A DNA stretch of 63,180 nucleotides, counting the filler, from Octopus bimaculoides (Eukaryota): NCBI RefSeq assembly GCF_001194135.2. It is 5 parts of 3 records of this genome, joined end to end, with 100 filler letters (N's around TTAATTAATTAA, not from the genome) between each part and the next. Parts side by side here need not be neighbours in the genome. Positions count along the whole stretch, not along the records: positions 1 to 28,006 come from NC_068983.1; 4 more parts are not named here. One strand, written 5' to 3'. The notes beneath the pieces are model-generated. The model was not told where the DNA came from, ran no database searches, and worked only from the letters and a program-made list of their open reading frames with translations. Below, in pieces: positions 1 through 11,558 of this stretch. A program made the position numbers and the translations under genes. The stretch's first letter is position 1, and every line of letters starts with the position of its first letter.

Positions 1-28
1 ATATATATATATATATATATATATATAT

Positions 29-195
29 ACGACGGGCTTCTTTCAGTTTCCGTCTACCAAATCCACTCACAAGGCATTGGTCGGCCCAAGGCTATAGTAG
101 AAGACACTTGCCCACCAAGATGCCACGCAGTGGGACTGAACCCGGAACCATGTGGTTGGTAAGCAAGCTACTTACCACACAGCCACTCCTGCGCC
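29..195 (-). mobile_element. SINE family A, 5' tRNA-like head plus core, ending at the internal (TA)n tract
   Basis: Reverse complement reads GGCGCAGGAGTGGCTGTGTGGTAAGTAGCTTGC...GGTTCAGTCCC (A/B-box-like); near-identical to 11918-12080. Confidence 0.9.
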
Positions 196-649
196 TATAT
201 ATATTAATAATACAAATATTTATTGCATTATTATGAAATAAAGCTACTTTGGACTTAGTAAAATTCAATATTTTACAAAGCTATGGGGGGGGGAGCAACA
301 AAAATTTAAGTTCTAGTCCCACAATGTGATAGAATTCAGTTGATTCCATATTCCATACTTATGTCAACATTTTAAGTTTACAGATCCACTGAAAAGTAGT
401 AAAAATATAATGTCACTAATTTAAGAAAATGTTTGAAATCTATATTAATGTGTCTCCCTAAAAATAATGAACCAGTCAAGTACTAGGGTCAATGTAATCA
501 ACAAACCTCATCTCTCTTCAAAATTGTTGGGTTTATGCCTAAATCAGAAGACGTTATTGTTTGTGACTCTTTCAAACTGCTAAGATTCACAAAATAGTTT
601 TAAATGGATTTAAAAAAAAAAAAATGAAAGCCATATGGGATTAAGTTCG

Positions 650-655
650 TTTATT
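650..655 (-). promoter_or_regulatory. Candidate poly(A) signal AATAAA of the small minus-strand gene
   Basis: Plus-strand TTTATT, about 42 nt downstream of the TGA at 699-697. Confidence 0.35.
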
Positions 656-696
656 ATCACAGCAAATTTATAGGATAAAGTATATTAAAGTATATC

Positions 697-831
697 TCAC
701 AAGAGTTTGTCAGGATCGTGCATTGGGAGATGGTATTTAAGCACAGGTGATAGCAGTGTTTTGCATCTTAAATGCTGCATAGCAACCTTGAGCAATGCAA
801 TAGACTTGGCATAAAAAAGAATGTGCAAAAC
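697..831 (-). CDS. Candidate terminal coding exon: VLHILFYAKSIALLKVAMQHLRCKTLLSPVLKYHLPMHDPDKLL*
   Basis: Acceptor ...CTAAC...tttgtgctattacacttAG|G with a branch-point-like CTAAC; 45 codons open to TGA; phase 0 matches the exon ending at 1127. Confidence 0.5.
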   Translation of the reverse strand, partial: VLHILFYAKSIALLKVAMQHLRCKTLLSPVLKYHLPMHDPDKLL

Positions 832-1126
832 CTAAGTGTAATAGCACAAAGATCATCGTTAGAGACACAGTAACAGCATTAAACGCTTTGTAAAAGAAAA
901 AGAACACGGAAAAATAGCAATAGGAAACTATTTTTAATGGGATTGATATAGAGCCAACAAGTTGTGAGAAAAGCAAAGATCATTGTGGTATAATTGTAGA
1001 ATAAGCAAAGTGAAGACAGTTTTATCATTGGCTAAAGCTGTTTATCAATCACATTTTCTTCCAACAACCCTCAAAATAAAGGAATAAATAACAGCTCGTG
1101 TTCTAATTACAAAATAATAAACTTAC

Positions 1127-1192
1127 ATCACAGTAACCAAAGAAACAGCTTTCCTCCCACAGGTCAAGTGGTGACCCGCTATTATATTTACT
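1127..1192 (-). CDS. Candidate internal exon (S)KYNSGSPLDLWEESCFFGYCD; acceptor ambiguous (1192, 1190 or 1178)
   Basis: Strong donor GAT|GTAAGT at 1126-1121; frame open; three candidate AG acceptors. Confidence 0.45.
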
Positions 1193-1328
1193 CTTAAATG
1201 GTCAACATATGTGTAATAGTGCCATTGCTCTCATTAAAAAAACTAAGTTTGTTATTTTACTGAAGTCAATTCATAAAAACAAGACATGATGCAGAAAAAA
1301 TATTTGTTGTATAAAATTCCTTATTTAC

Positions 1329-1392
1329 GGCAAATGACTAAATATGACTGACGTTAATGTATTAAAAATTATTCTGTTCATAAATTTTGGCC
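1329..1392 (-). CDS. Candidate internal exon (G)PKFMNRIIFNTLTSVIFSHL(P); alternative donor after 1353
   Basis: Acceptor T11-CTAG|G; donors AC|GTCAGT and CC|GTAAAT are both phase 2; phase-1 start matches the first exon. Confidence 0.4.
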
Positions 1393-1519
1393 CTAGAAAA
1401 AAAAAAACATAATGCAGTAAGTAACCAGCTCAGTGACAGCACGACTAGACTAGTAAGAATGCAGGTACAAAATTACTGATTAGTGTTAAAATGTACTTAA
1501 GTGTGGTTGTTATAGTTCC

Positions 1520-1712
1520 ATCCAAATCAGCTCTGATCGAGCAGACCTATGGCCTAAGGTATTCCAGTCGTGACCTCCCCGTCTTTTTGTATATCTAGGA
1601 CTACATTATCTAACATGTCACATTTTAAAGAGGTTATGGTGTGATTTTAGGGAATTTGGCTGCTATTTCTCGTATGTCGAGTGACCGCGCAGAGACGCCC
1701 TCGTTGGCTCGT
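1520..1712 (-). mobile_element. Old SINE-like family E
   Basis: Shared motif GACCTGC/TAGAAATAGCAGCCAAATCTCCC...AATCACACC...GGTCTGCTCGATCAGAGC; related copies at about 2080-2190, 13955-14125, 14845-15010, 16575-16720, 18925-19160 and 19395-19503. Confidence 0.6.
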
Positions 1713-3561
1713 CTTAAGTATGGTTATTGGAGCTGGTAGTAGTTTGAGAATGTAGTGGAGTCGGTGTCCAGAGAATACGAGAAGTATGAAGTACTGATTA
1801 TAATTATCGTGTAATAGGGGTAAAAAATTTAACAAATGAGTTTTCAGTTTAACATTTTGCCGTACAGATTGGTTTCAACAACGAACTTAATATGCTAGTG
1901 TTTTGATTTTACAAGTGTAAATGTCAACGCAGATTTGTGCAGGAAAAAATAACATATTTAATATCTATTAGCCACACACAGTTACCTTTAATTATCAATT
2001 TATTCATATCAAAGGAGAGAGGTAGAAGCAGCTGTGATAATTAATTTATTAAGTGCTAAATTCCAAATAAAAGTGATACGGGAGCCTCTGCGTGGTTGTT
2101 TCACCTGCTAGAAAAATAGCAGCCAACTTTCCCTTTAAATCACACCTTGCTGTTTTAATGATGTATCTACGATTACATTGGATAATGGGCGAACTTTCAG
2201 AATAGCTGTCACGAATAAAATGTATTTCTTGGAGTAGGGGGGTTCGGTATTTTTCTTCATTATATAATAGCCCACATTCTAAAACACATGTAATTCGATT
2301 GATTTTTTTTTTTTTTTCAAAAATCCACGTTTTATTTGTTTCTTTTTTAATTTCTTAACCATCACAATCCCTTCAATGTGCCTTCAGAATAGCTGTGATG
2401 ATTAAAATGGATTTTTGGAGGTGGGGAAGTCAGGATTAAATAGGTGTGGGGGTGTTTAAGAAGTTAGAAAAACATGAATTTTTGAAACAGTTTTTTTAAT
2501 ACGAATTGCATATTTTGGAAAGTAGGATATTATAAAATGACGAAAAACACTTAAAACAAAAATAAGAAAAATAAACGTGATGGTCATCTGTGGAACATTT
2601 TTGATCGTAATAGGTAAGCTCGCTCAATCAGAGCCTATGTAAGTTGTGTTTTAAAACTGTAAATATTAATAGAATTTCCTGTTGTAAATTACATTTCAAA
2701 ATTTGAAAACAAAGTTAACAGAAGGAAAATTTTAGTGAAAATTCTAATTAATTTATTTCATCTGACAAGGATAAGAATATTAATTTCTGATGACCGAAAG
2801 AGTTAACAAAGTCATCAAAATCAACTATAAATTAATAGTAAAATAAAATAATATATAATTTATCTTAAAATATAAAATCATGTGAAAAGTAATCTTGAAA
2901 TATTTCGGTAAATCCAAAATAAGCAGTAATATTTGACTGCACGTCTCAGAATCAGGTCAAGATGTGCCAAAGTTAGAAATCTTTATTATTATTATTATTC
3001 CTCCAGCGTGTGCCATTCTTACCAACAAACAGAAACAGATATTTGGTAGTTTCGAGTTTGTATTTATTTCATAGATGATTTTATGATATGTATGGTTAGA
3101 ATTATATTTACCATGCATTAAAAAAAGAAAGAATATGCAATACCAAACAATTACTGGTGGTATGAAAAACGAAATAATACAAAATTCCTTGCTTACACCA
3201 TCAAATTATCTAACTGCTGCCAAAGAAAAGATTCCATGAAAGTAAGAGGAGGGTTTTAATCTAACAAAGGAGACGAATAGTATTTTTGAAGGGTCCTTTT
3301 TTTTTTTTTCATGTTTTGATTTCAACATAAAGTAACAGTTGTAAACAGTATTTCGCCGATTTAAGCAATGCATGATTTTGTGAAATAACTAAGTCAAGCA
3401 GATAAACTAATTAAGACTTTTCACGTTAATTNNNNNNNNNNNNNNNNNNNNCAAACAGAGAGCAATTACCTTTCTATCGTATATACATAGTTGCAATGTA
3501 TATATATAGATATATAGACATATATGCACACACGGTAATTGTCCTCTCATGCTCTCTCTCT

Positions 3562-3596
<35 letters not shown>

Positions 3597-3704
3597 AACA
3601 GAGAGCAATTACCTTTCTATCGTATATACATAGTTGCAATGTATATATATAGATATATAGACATATATGCACACACGGTAATTGTCCTCTCATGCTCTCT
3701 CTCT

Positions 3705-3737
<33 letters not shown>

Positions 3738-4509
3738 TAGGTGCGTGTATAAATTAGAGGTGACAGTGTAATGCTAACGCATCAAAATAATCGGGATTAG
3801 ACTGTTGACAATGCAGTAAGAAAGTAGGAAACTACCAACTTATTACATCTAGGCTACACAAAAGCACTTGAATAGAGAACTCTAGATTTTTCTGACGTTC
3901 TTCTAAACAATAAAGCATGTTACGTCTTCCTCCCACTTCTTGGCACTAGTCTGGGGTTGTTTTTTTTTCTTCTTCACAAAATAAACACTTAATAGTTGTC
4001 TCCATCTCCAAATATAACATATATTGATTTGAAATATTAACGTATGATGCCTTTTAAATAACAAAGAGAAAGACGAATGCAAACTGACCGAATTAAAAAT
4101 ATCTTTTCGGGACTATCTCTCTACACATGTGATTCTAATTTACAGGATATTTTTTTCTTTCATTTTTGTGGCGGGAGTTAAGATGCAGTAAAGAAAAACA
4201 CTTGTACCTCAGGAAATACTGAGAACTTAGATGAAAAACAGGCAGGTAATTTTTTTCAAGCGATAATTTCTAGATGAATTCTACGAATAGACTTTGGGTA
4301 AGTGTTCTAGCGAAAATTATCGGGTTTTAATGGATCTAAAGATGCAATTGCAGGGCTAGTAAACAAATTGCTAAACTCTGATAAAGCTGCCTTGTGTTAG
4401 CTGTTAGCTCCCTTCCCTCTCTAATCCGCATGTTTCAAGTACCGATCACACCTTACAGAAAAGATAAACAATAGGCACAAAAGTTGTGTTAAACTCTAAC
4501 AATACTCAC

Positions 4510-4534
4510 CAGAATAGAACAATTTGGATCGCAT
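4510..4534 (-). CDS. Candidate first coding exon MRSKLFYS(G)
   Basis: ATG at 4534-4532; canonical donor TG|GTGAGT at 4509-4504; promoter-like motifs about 100 nt upstream. Confidence 0.4.
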
Positions 4535-4619
4535 GAATCCTCCTGAGAAAGGCGCACGAATTCTCCAAAGGTAAACAATAACACAAACACGTAAAACAAT
4601 AACACTAAACAACTACTCA

Positions 4620-4720
4620 TGGTCGGCCATATTTGAGGTCACATGACAGAACTCTAAACCAGTTATGATGATGCAGCGAGCGTCAGCATCATCGTCGTCG
4701 CCGCCCTCATCATTGAGTAT
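4620..4720 (-). promoter_or_regulatory. Putative promoter/TSS patch: YY1-like AAATATGGCCG (4634-4624), E-box/CLEAR-like GTCACATGAC (4638-4647), CpG-rich
   Basis: Motifs seen directly in a locally CpG-rich patch upstream of a donor-terminated exon. Confidence 0.45.
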
Positions 4721-4783
4721 CACCTTATTGAAAGAAGCATTTCTCTATCACAGACGAACCAAATAGAAAATAAAGAATAGTAA

Positions 4784-5017
4784 GGCGGCGAGCTGGCAGA
4801 AATGTTAGCACGCCGGGCGACATGCTTAGCGGTATTTCGTCTGCCGTTACGTTCTGAGTTCAAATTCCGCCGAGGTCGACTTTACCTTTCATCCTTTCGG
4901 GGTCGATAAATTAAGTACCAGTTACGCACTGGGTCGATGTAATCGACTTAATCCCTTTGTCCGTCCTTGTTTGTCCCCTCTATGTTTAGCCCCTTGTGGG
5001 CAATAAAGAAATAAGAA
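4784..5017 (+). mobile_element. SINE family B, full length, tail type 1 (Tx1-like)
   Basis: Head GGCGGCGAGCTGGCAG...GAGTTCAAATTCC; core CCTTTCATCCTTTCGGGGTCGATAAATTAAGTACC; near-identical inverted copy at 59976-60209. Confidence 0.9.
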
Positions 5018-6041
5018 AATAATAGCTTATGTTCCAGCGTTCAAATCCCACCGGTGACGACCTAGTCATTCATCTCTCCTAACATGATAAAATAAATACC
5101 AGTAAGATGCAGGGGTTATTTCTGACTATTACACATACCATTTCTTAGTAATATTAGTACTTATTCAAAATAAACTATTGCTAAAACTAAAATCATTATT
5201 AATAATCGTTAATTGAAAGACACATTTATCAATAAGCTTCAGTTACAGAAAATAAATGGAATTATTTTTCTCCAAACATAAAGAGAAATTTCCAAGAAAG
5301 ACCAGTTTTTTCACTAATGCAAAAAGAATCTCCAATTGTCACGATCGTCATTGCTGTCGTTGTTGCTTTACATTTTCCATGCATCAAAGAGTAAAGCAAT
5401 CTCAGCATATAATTTAGGTACGGCTGCCGGATTTCCATGTTTTAAGTTGGAAGGGTATTTTTTATTTTTCACTTTAGTAATTTAGAAGAGGAAGAGTAGC
5501 ACCATTGGCTCATTCCAAGGACTCCGACACTTGTAGAAGAAGCAAGCTTTCTTCATACCAGTGATTTGGTCCGAATGCTTGCAACTGAGAGGACTCCGCT
5601 AAATGCTACGTTAGGGTATTACAATAGCAATGATCGATTAAATTCACCACCCAAAAATGGAAATCAGCCTTCTGAAGGACTTCCACAGTCTCTATCTACC
5701 AAGTTTCTGTGAAAAGGCTTCACTCCATTCGAAACATTGGGAAAGTTCATTTAATCATGTTGTCATGCAAGAGGATGTAATAAGGGTACTTCTTAACCAC
5801 AGCAATATCTGCGTCACAGTAAAGTGCTACATTTGATACAGTGGAAAGGATCATCCCATAAACCTTTATAGAGACAAATAAATGTCTTACGATGGCTAAT
5901 TCCAAATCCCTTACGTTTGTACCATCAGGTTAACGAACAATCCTTAGAGAGCACTTTGTACTTTTCAAAGAACTTTTATGAGAGAATACAATACCACTTA
6001 TCGTTGCCTTCTCTCGGTTTTTTTTTATTTTATTTTTAGAT

Positions 6042-6643
6042 TAGGGGTCTCCAACCACTGGGCCGTGGGTAATTTGATACCAGGAATAATTTTCTTAATT
6101 TTGCGTTGTATTGTTGTTGTGGGCACTCCGTCGCTTACGACGTCGAGGGTTCCAGTTGATCCGATCAACGGAACAGCCTGCTCGTGAAATTAATTTGCAA
6201 GTGGCTGAGCACTCCACAGACACGTGTGACAAGGCTGACCCTTTGAATTACACGCACAACAGAAACAGGAAGTAAGAGTGAGAGAAAGTTGTGGTGAAAG
6301 AGTACAGCAAGGTTCACCACCATCCCCTGCCGGAGCCTCGTGGAACTTTAGATGTTTTCGCAACGCCCGGTCTGGGATTCGAAACCGCGATCCTATGACC
6401 GCGAGTCCGCTGCCCTAACCACTGCCCCTCTATATTGCGTTGTATTATATATGTATATATTACAATATAAGAATTGAAATAAAGGGCATAATACTCAATG
6501 TAATAATTACATTTGTGTTATAGACGTAATAATTAAATTATATATTAGCACTTATTTTATTTTGTTATATGTGTAATCCCGGATCCGAAGAAAAAATTGT
6601 CTTCCATGAAACCAGTGATGCAAAAAAGGTTGGGGAACTGCTG
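6042..6643. mobile_element. hAT (MER1/Charlie-like) non-autonomous element interrupted by a SINE C insertion
   Basis: Ends TAGGGGTCTCCAACC and AAAAATTGTCTTCCATGAAACC...AAAAAGGTTGGGGAACTGCTG; 8-bp flanks TTTTAGAT/CTCTAGAC differ only by C/T and fit the hAT NTCTAGAN target. Confidence 0.7.
6112..6430 (-). mobile_element. SINE family C (tRNA head, (ACA)n tail) with 12-bp TSD TTGCGTTGTATT
   Basis: Five related copies in the window; TSD at 6101-6112 and 6435-6446. Confidence 0.9.
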
Positions 6644-7399
6644 CTCTAGACGTATGCCTGTTAGCCAGATTCTGACTTCTTCTGTGACATCTCTTTCGCC
6701 TGCCCTTTGACGTATATGAAGAAAATCCCCAGACTCGAACCCTTCAAAATCCTATACTGCCTCCTCGTCGTACAATTTTTTGCTTGTTTTTCTTTGTTTT
6801 TTTTTTCTGGTAGGGGTCCAAATATAGAATAGTGTGATGATCTTTGGTGTCTTCCATGAAGTTAGTAAATTGAGGTTGTAGTTCTTGAAATTACTGACAG
6901 TCCTTTATCCTTGTTTGTCTTCTAAAATTGCCTTCTATCACAATGATAGTATGGTCATTATATGGTCATTAGCGGATTAGGATCTTTCTGATTACAATAA
7001 TGTCTTGATCTGGCTGGATAAGTGAGGCTGCATTGGTTTGCACAAACATGCATCATTTTTCATCATAATTATGCTGACAATTTGGTAAGTAGATGCGTTG
7101 GCCAAAATTGATAACGTCTGCACGTCAATGCGGGAGAAAAGCCAGTCGTAATGAGCCCGACGTATTGGCCTAGTAATGAACTCATAGCCGGTGTCATCTC
7201 CCTATTACGACTAACTTTAAAAGGTACATGTCATTTCTTAAATGGTTCAGTTCCCTTAGTTGACGCGTTGCCTGCTCCACCATTGTTACTTTTAATTTTT
7301 TATCCAATCCATAGCGATTTTTAATTCTCTATAACCATCCGTCAGTACCTTCGAAATTTTTAATACGTATATTGTTTGGCAGCAACTGTGAATTTCTAT

Positions 7400-7650
7400 G
7401 TTGTTGTTGGCACTCCGTCGCTAACGACGTCGAGGGTTCCAGTTGATTCGATCAACGGAACAGCCTGCTCGTGAAATTAACGTGCAAGTGGCTGAGCACT
7501 CCACAGACACGTATACCCTTAACGTAGTTCTCGGGGATATTCAGCGTGACACAGTGTGACAAGGCTGACCCTTTGAATTACGGGCACAACAGAAACAGGA
7601 AGTAAGAGTGAGAGAAAGTTGCCCTAACTACTGGGCCATTGCGCCTCCAC
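7400..7650 (-). mobile_element. SINE family C, internally deleted, with 13-bp TSD TGTGAATTTCTAT
   Basis: TSD at 7387-7399 and 7652-7664. Confidence 0.9.
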
Positions 7651-8211
7651 TTGTGAATTTCTATACAACTGACATTTTTACCAGAGGATCGTTGATGGAT
7701 AAATCTCTTCCTTGATATTTTTTTAAAAACTCTCGTACACCCCTTTGTATCAACAGATGATAAACGTTATATTTCAAAGACAATGCAGTAAGTTTATTTG
7801 CCTTAACTGTGTCCCTGTTTTTTTTTTGTTTTTTTTGTTTTTTAATAAAATACTTTTCGCAGATACATGCCACCGAAGTACCAAACCTCTGACTTTTTTA
7901 TAAGCTTCACTTTCTGATTCACTTATAGGTTCTCATGTTTCTCAGATTATTTCTCTCCTTTAAAGCCATTGTGTAAAGTATAAGATTGAAGGATGCTTAA
8001 TTAGTGATGGCACTGACGCAATATGCATATAACATCTCACCACGTAAATTTAGTGTTTATTAAAGAGGAGTCTGAAAACGAACAAGCAACAAGCTGGAAA
8101 TTGCAAGAAAGAAACAGACAAAGGAGGCAGGAATGATAGAGGAGCAAGTGAAGTAAGAGATTACTGGAGAATGCAGAGTGTCAGAAAGAGAGGTGTTTAA
8201 AGGCAGGTTTT

Positions 8212-8563
8212 GTTGTTGTTCGACGTCGAGGGTTCCAGTTGATCCGATCAACAGAACAGCCTGCTCGTGAAATTAACGTGCAAGTGGCTGAGCACTCCAC
8301 AGACACGTGTACCCTTAACGTAGTTCTTGGGGATATTCAGCGTGACAGGGCTGACCCTTTGAATTACAAGCACAACAGAAACAGGAAGTAAGAGAAAGTT
8401 GTGGTGAAAGAGTACAGCAGGGTTCACCACCATCCCCTGCCGGAGCCTCGTGGAGCTTAAGGTGTTTTCGCTCAATAAACACTTACAACGCCCGGTCTAG
8501 GAATCGAAACTGCGATCCTATGACTGCGTGTCTGCTGCCCTAACCACTGGGCCATTGCGCCTC
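8212..8563 (-). mobile_element. SINE family C, near full length
   Basis: High similarity to the copies at 6112 and 7400. Confidence 0.9.
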
Positions 8564-8702
8564 TACTTAAAGGATAAAAAAAAAAAGTTGTTTTTAGTTT
8601 CTCTTACCACTCTCCCATTATCCCACCTTCTTCGTAATAGAATATCATGATACAAAAGGCTGTGGATGTGCTGTGCTATCTGAAACAACTGTTGTAATAT
8701 TT

Positions 8703-8835
8703 CATCATTGTTGTCGTCGTTTAACGGCTGTTATCCATGCTGGCATGGGTTGGACGGCTTGGCAGGAGCTGTCCAGACTCCAGTTGTCTGTTTGGGCATA
8801 GTTTCTACGGCTTGATGCCTTTTCTAACGCCAAGG
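8703..8835 (-). mobile_element. SINE family D fragment, (GAT)n tail
   Basis: Tail CCAACCCATGC(T/C)AGCATGGA...CGTTAAACGATGATG and motif GGTTGGCGTTAGGAAGGGCATCCAGCCGTAG; related copies at 8980-9060, 16826-16924, 17984-18036, 18335-18425 and 27078-27460. Confidence 0.7.
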
Positions 8836-9300
8836 ACGCCCTTCCGAGTGCCATTTCATAAGACAGAAGAATTATGATACTCTAAAATAGTTGGACTAGT
8901 GTCATCAGCTTGGTTGTAGTATTTCATTTTCAAGTGCTTATCATATTCCGTAATTATTTTCTGTTCATTTCTTTTATATCCATTTTTCCATGCTTTTCTG
9001 GGTTAAATGAAGACTTACTGAGGCACTTTATGGCTGGATTCCCTTCTTGTTATTAACCTTTCATGTTTTTCAAGAAAGGGATACTTTTTTTATTATACAC
9101 GAAATTCAAACATTTTACTCAGACAGTGTCATTCGCACACATGCACACACACACACACACCACGCGCGCGCGCGCACACACACACATACACACACAAATA
9201 CATGCATACACATGTGGGATGGTATTCCATACAGTTTCTGTCTACCAATTCTATTCACAGGGTATTGATCAGCCAAAAACTATAGTAAAAAATTATTCTC

Positions 9301-9758
9301 ATGGTTGTGTGGTAAGAAGCTTGCTTCTGAACCACATAGCTCTGGGTTCAGTCCCACTGTGTAGCACCTTGAGCAAATGACCTCTACTATTGCCTCGAGC
9401 CTACCAAAGCCTTGTGAGTGAATTTGGTAGACGGAAACTGAAAGAAGTGCATTGCTTATATCTATATGCGTGTATATATCTGTGTGTGTGTCTATATATA
9501 TCTGTGTGTATATTTATCTGTGTGTGTGTCTTTGTGTCTGTGTTTGTCCCACCACCACCACCATTTGATAAACGGTGTTGGTGTGTTTGCATTCCTGTAA
9601 CTTAACAGTTCGGCAAAAGAGATTGATAGAATAAGTACCAGGCTTTAAAAAAAAATTAATAACTGGGAGGGGGGGCGATTCATTTGACTAAAATATCAAG
9701 GCAGTGCTCCAGCATGGCTACAGACCAATGACAGAAACAAGTAAAAGAATAAAAGAAA
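9301..9758 (+). mobile_element. SINE family A, diverged full-length copy
   Basis: Head, internal TG/TA tract and tail GTGCTCCAGCATGGC...GAAACAAGTAAAAGAATAAAAG. Confidence 0.85.
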
Positions 9759-9972
9759 AATGTGCCACACAGTAGGGAGAAAGCAAAATAATATGTTCAT
9801 GAAATATATTCCACATGCAAAAACCTCAGTTGCAGTTCCTGCAATTTAGGACAAAATCCTTTGTTAAATTCATGAGGATAGAGCATTCTCATTCTAATGT
9901 CCCAAGGGACATTTTCCATACTAGCTATTCTATTATTACTTGTGAAGTTGTTAGCTTGTCGCATCTCAACTC

Positions 9973-10467
9973 TCAGGTTGAGTAAAAAGTAAGGAACGTT
10001 TTGAACCGTAAAGAATTTGTACCAGATTTTTTGCAGAGTTTTAAAGTTTTTTAAACATTTTTTTTGCAATATCCTGATAATACAGACATAGACTTGTCCA
10101 AATGCATCAATAAATTAACATTAATGACACTCCAGAAGTTGAGGGGAATTTGGCTATGAAGTTCTTCCCAACTTAACTTATTCCCAAGACCTTTCTCCCA
10201 CTGACTACCACTTTTTTTCAAGCACTTTGATGGTTTCCTGCGAGAGAAGGGGTTCAAAAATCAAACCAATGCTGAAAGTGCATTCAACAAGTTCATCACC
10301 TCCAGAACTCCAGATTTTTATGTTACCAGAATGAACAAACTTATAACTCATTGGCAAAAATGTGTTGATTGTAATGGTACTTAATTTGATGAATAAAATT
10401 TCCGCATTGTTGAAAAATATTGTGAATTTCATGTTTAAAAATGTTGCTTACTTTTTACTCAGCCTGA
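9973..10467 (+). mobile_element. Internally deleted mariner with both TIRs and frameshifted transposase C-terminus
   Basis: TIRs TCAGGTTGAGTAAAAAGTAAGGAACGTTTT and its imperfect reverse complement AAAATGTTGCTTACTTTTTACTCAGCCTGA|TA; translation EFGYEVLPNLTYSQDLSPTDYHFF/KHFDGFL...HWQKCVDCNG (YSPDL-type motif). Confidence 0.9.
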
Positions 10468-10621
10468 TATATATATATATGTGAACATATGTACACATGC
10501 ACATGTACACTAGCACACACGGTTGTGTGTGTGTGTGTGTAGTATATATGTATGAGAGGGCAGATCTGACCACATGAAACAGGTGGAATATTTGAGTTGG
10601 AATATTTTGTCAGTTTAAATG

Positions 10622-10958
10622 CTAAAGTAAAAGTTCAAGGAAATCAACTTCATAAAATGTAAAACAATGGTTCCAAAGTAAGATACAGAGAATATTAGAA
10701 ATATTGTAACAAGCAACTATTAAACCATAACAAATAATAGGAAACAGCTCCAAAGAAACAAGAAAATAAGTTATCACAAATATTTTAAACGCTAAATCAC
10801 AACTTAATAGAGAAAAAATTGAGAACAACACAATGACAGGTAGATTAATGATAATGAAATTAACCAATGGAAACACAGTGCATATAATGAATTGACAAAT
10901 GATAACCATCATAGCCAATGTTGTAACAACAAAATATGACTGGAAAGCAGATAAACCT
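10622..10958 (-). CDS. Possible hydrophobic (multi-TM-like) exon, product unknown
   Basis: Strong acceptor tgtgttgttttcttttttacAG|A and 112 open codons; no donor, family or homology support. Confidence 0.25.
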
Positions 10959-11108
10959 CTGTAAAAAAGAAAACAACACAATAGGCTACAACAACATTAG
11001 AAACCAGCCAATGAAAATGACAACCACAGACAAATGAACAAATGTACTCCAGTTTATACGAAACAAGCAGAGATAGCCGGCATTGCTCGGGACTAAAATG
11101 GCATAGAG

Positions 11109-11395
11109 TTTTATTGTTTTACTTGTTTCAGTCATGTGACCGTGGCCATGCTGGAGCACAAGCCTTTAGTCAAAGAAATGGACCCTGGGATTTATTCTTT
11201 GTGAGCCTAGTACTTATTCTATCTGTGTTTTGCCAAACGGCTAAGTTATGGGGACATAAACACAGCAACATCAGTTGTCAAGCGATGATGAGGGTACAAA
11301 CACACACACACAAATATACACATATATATGACAGTCTTTTTTCAGTTTCCGTGTATGAAATCCACTTACAAAACTTTGGTGGGCCTGAGGCTATC

Positions 11396-11400
<5 letters not shown>
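11109..11400 (-). mobile_element. SINE family A, internally deleted copy
   Basis: Tail and core motifs on the minus strand. Confidence 0.8.
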
Positions 11401-11436
<36 letters not shown>

Positions 11437-11558
11437 AAGAATGTTTATAACTATGAACAAGTCATAAGAGGGTTTCAAAACCCTTACATTTCTCTTGCTG
11501 GTCGGGATACATATTAGCCCCAAGGTAAGGTCTTGTATTGATTTCCATCTGTAGGAAT

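Noticed and set aside
2787-2806. CTGATGA-CC-GAAA
   Set aside because: No stem II, stem III or stem I pairing.
3452-3736. Exact 143-bp tandem duplication
   Set aside because: Identical copies adjacent to a 20-N gap; most likely a contig-overlap artefact.
4512-4570. Alternative plus-strand first exon MNPPEKGARILQ with AG|GTAAAC donor
   Set aside because: It overlaps the minus-strand exon, the YY1 orientation favours the minus strand, and no downstream plus exon could be linked.
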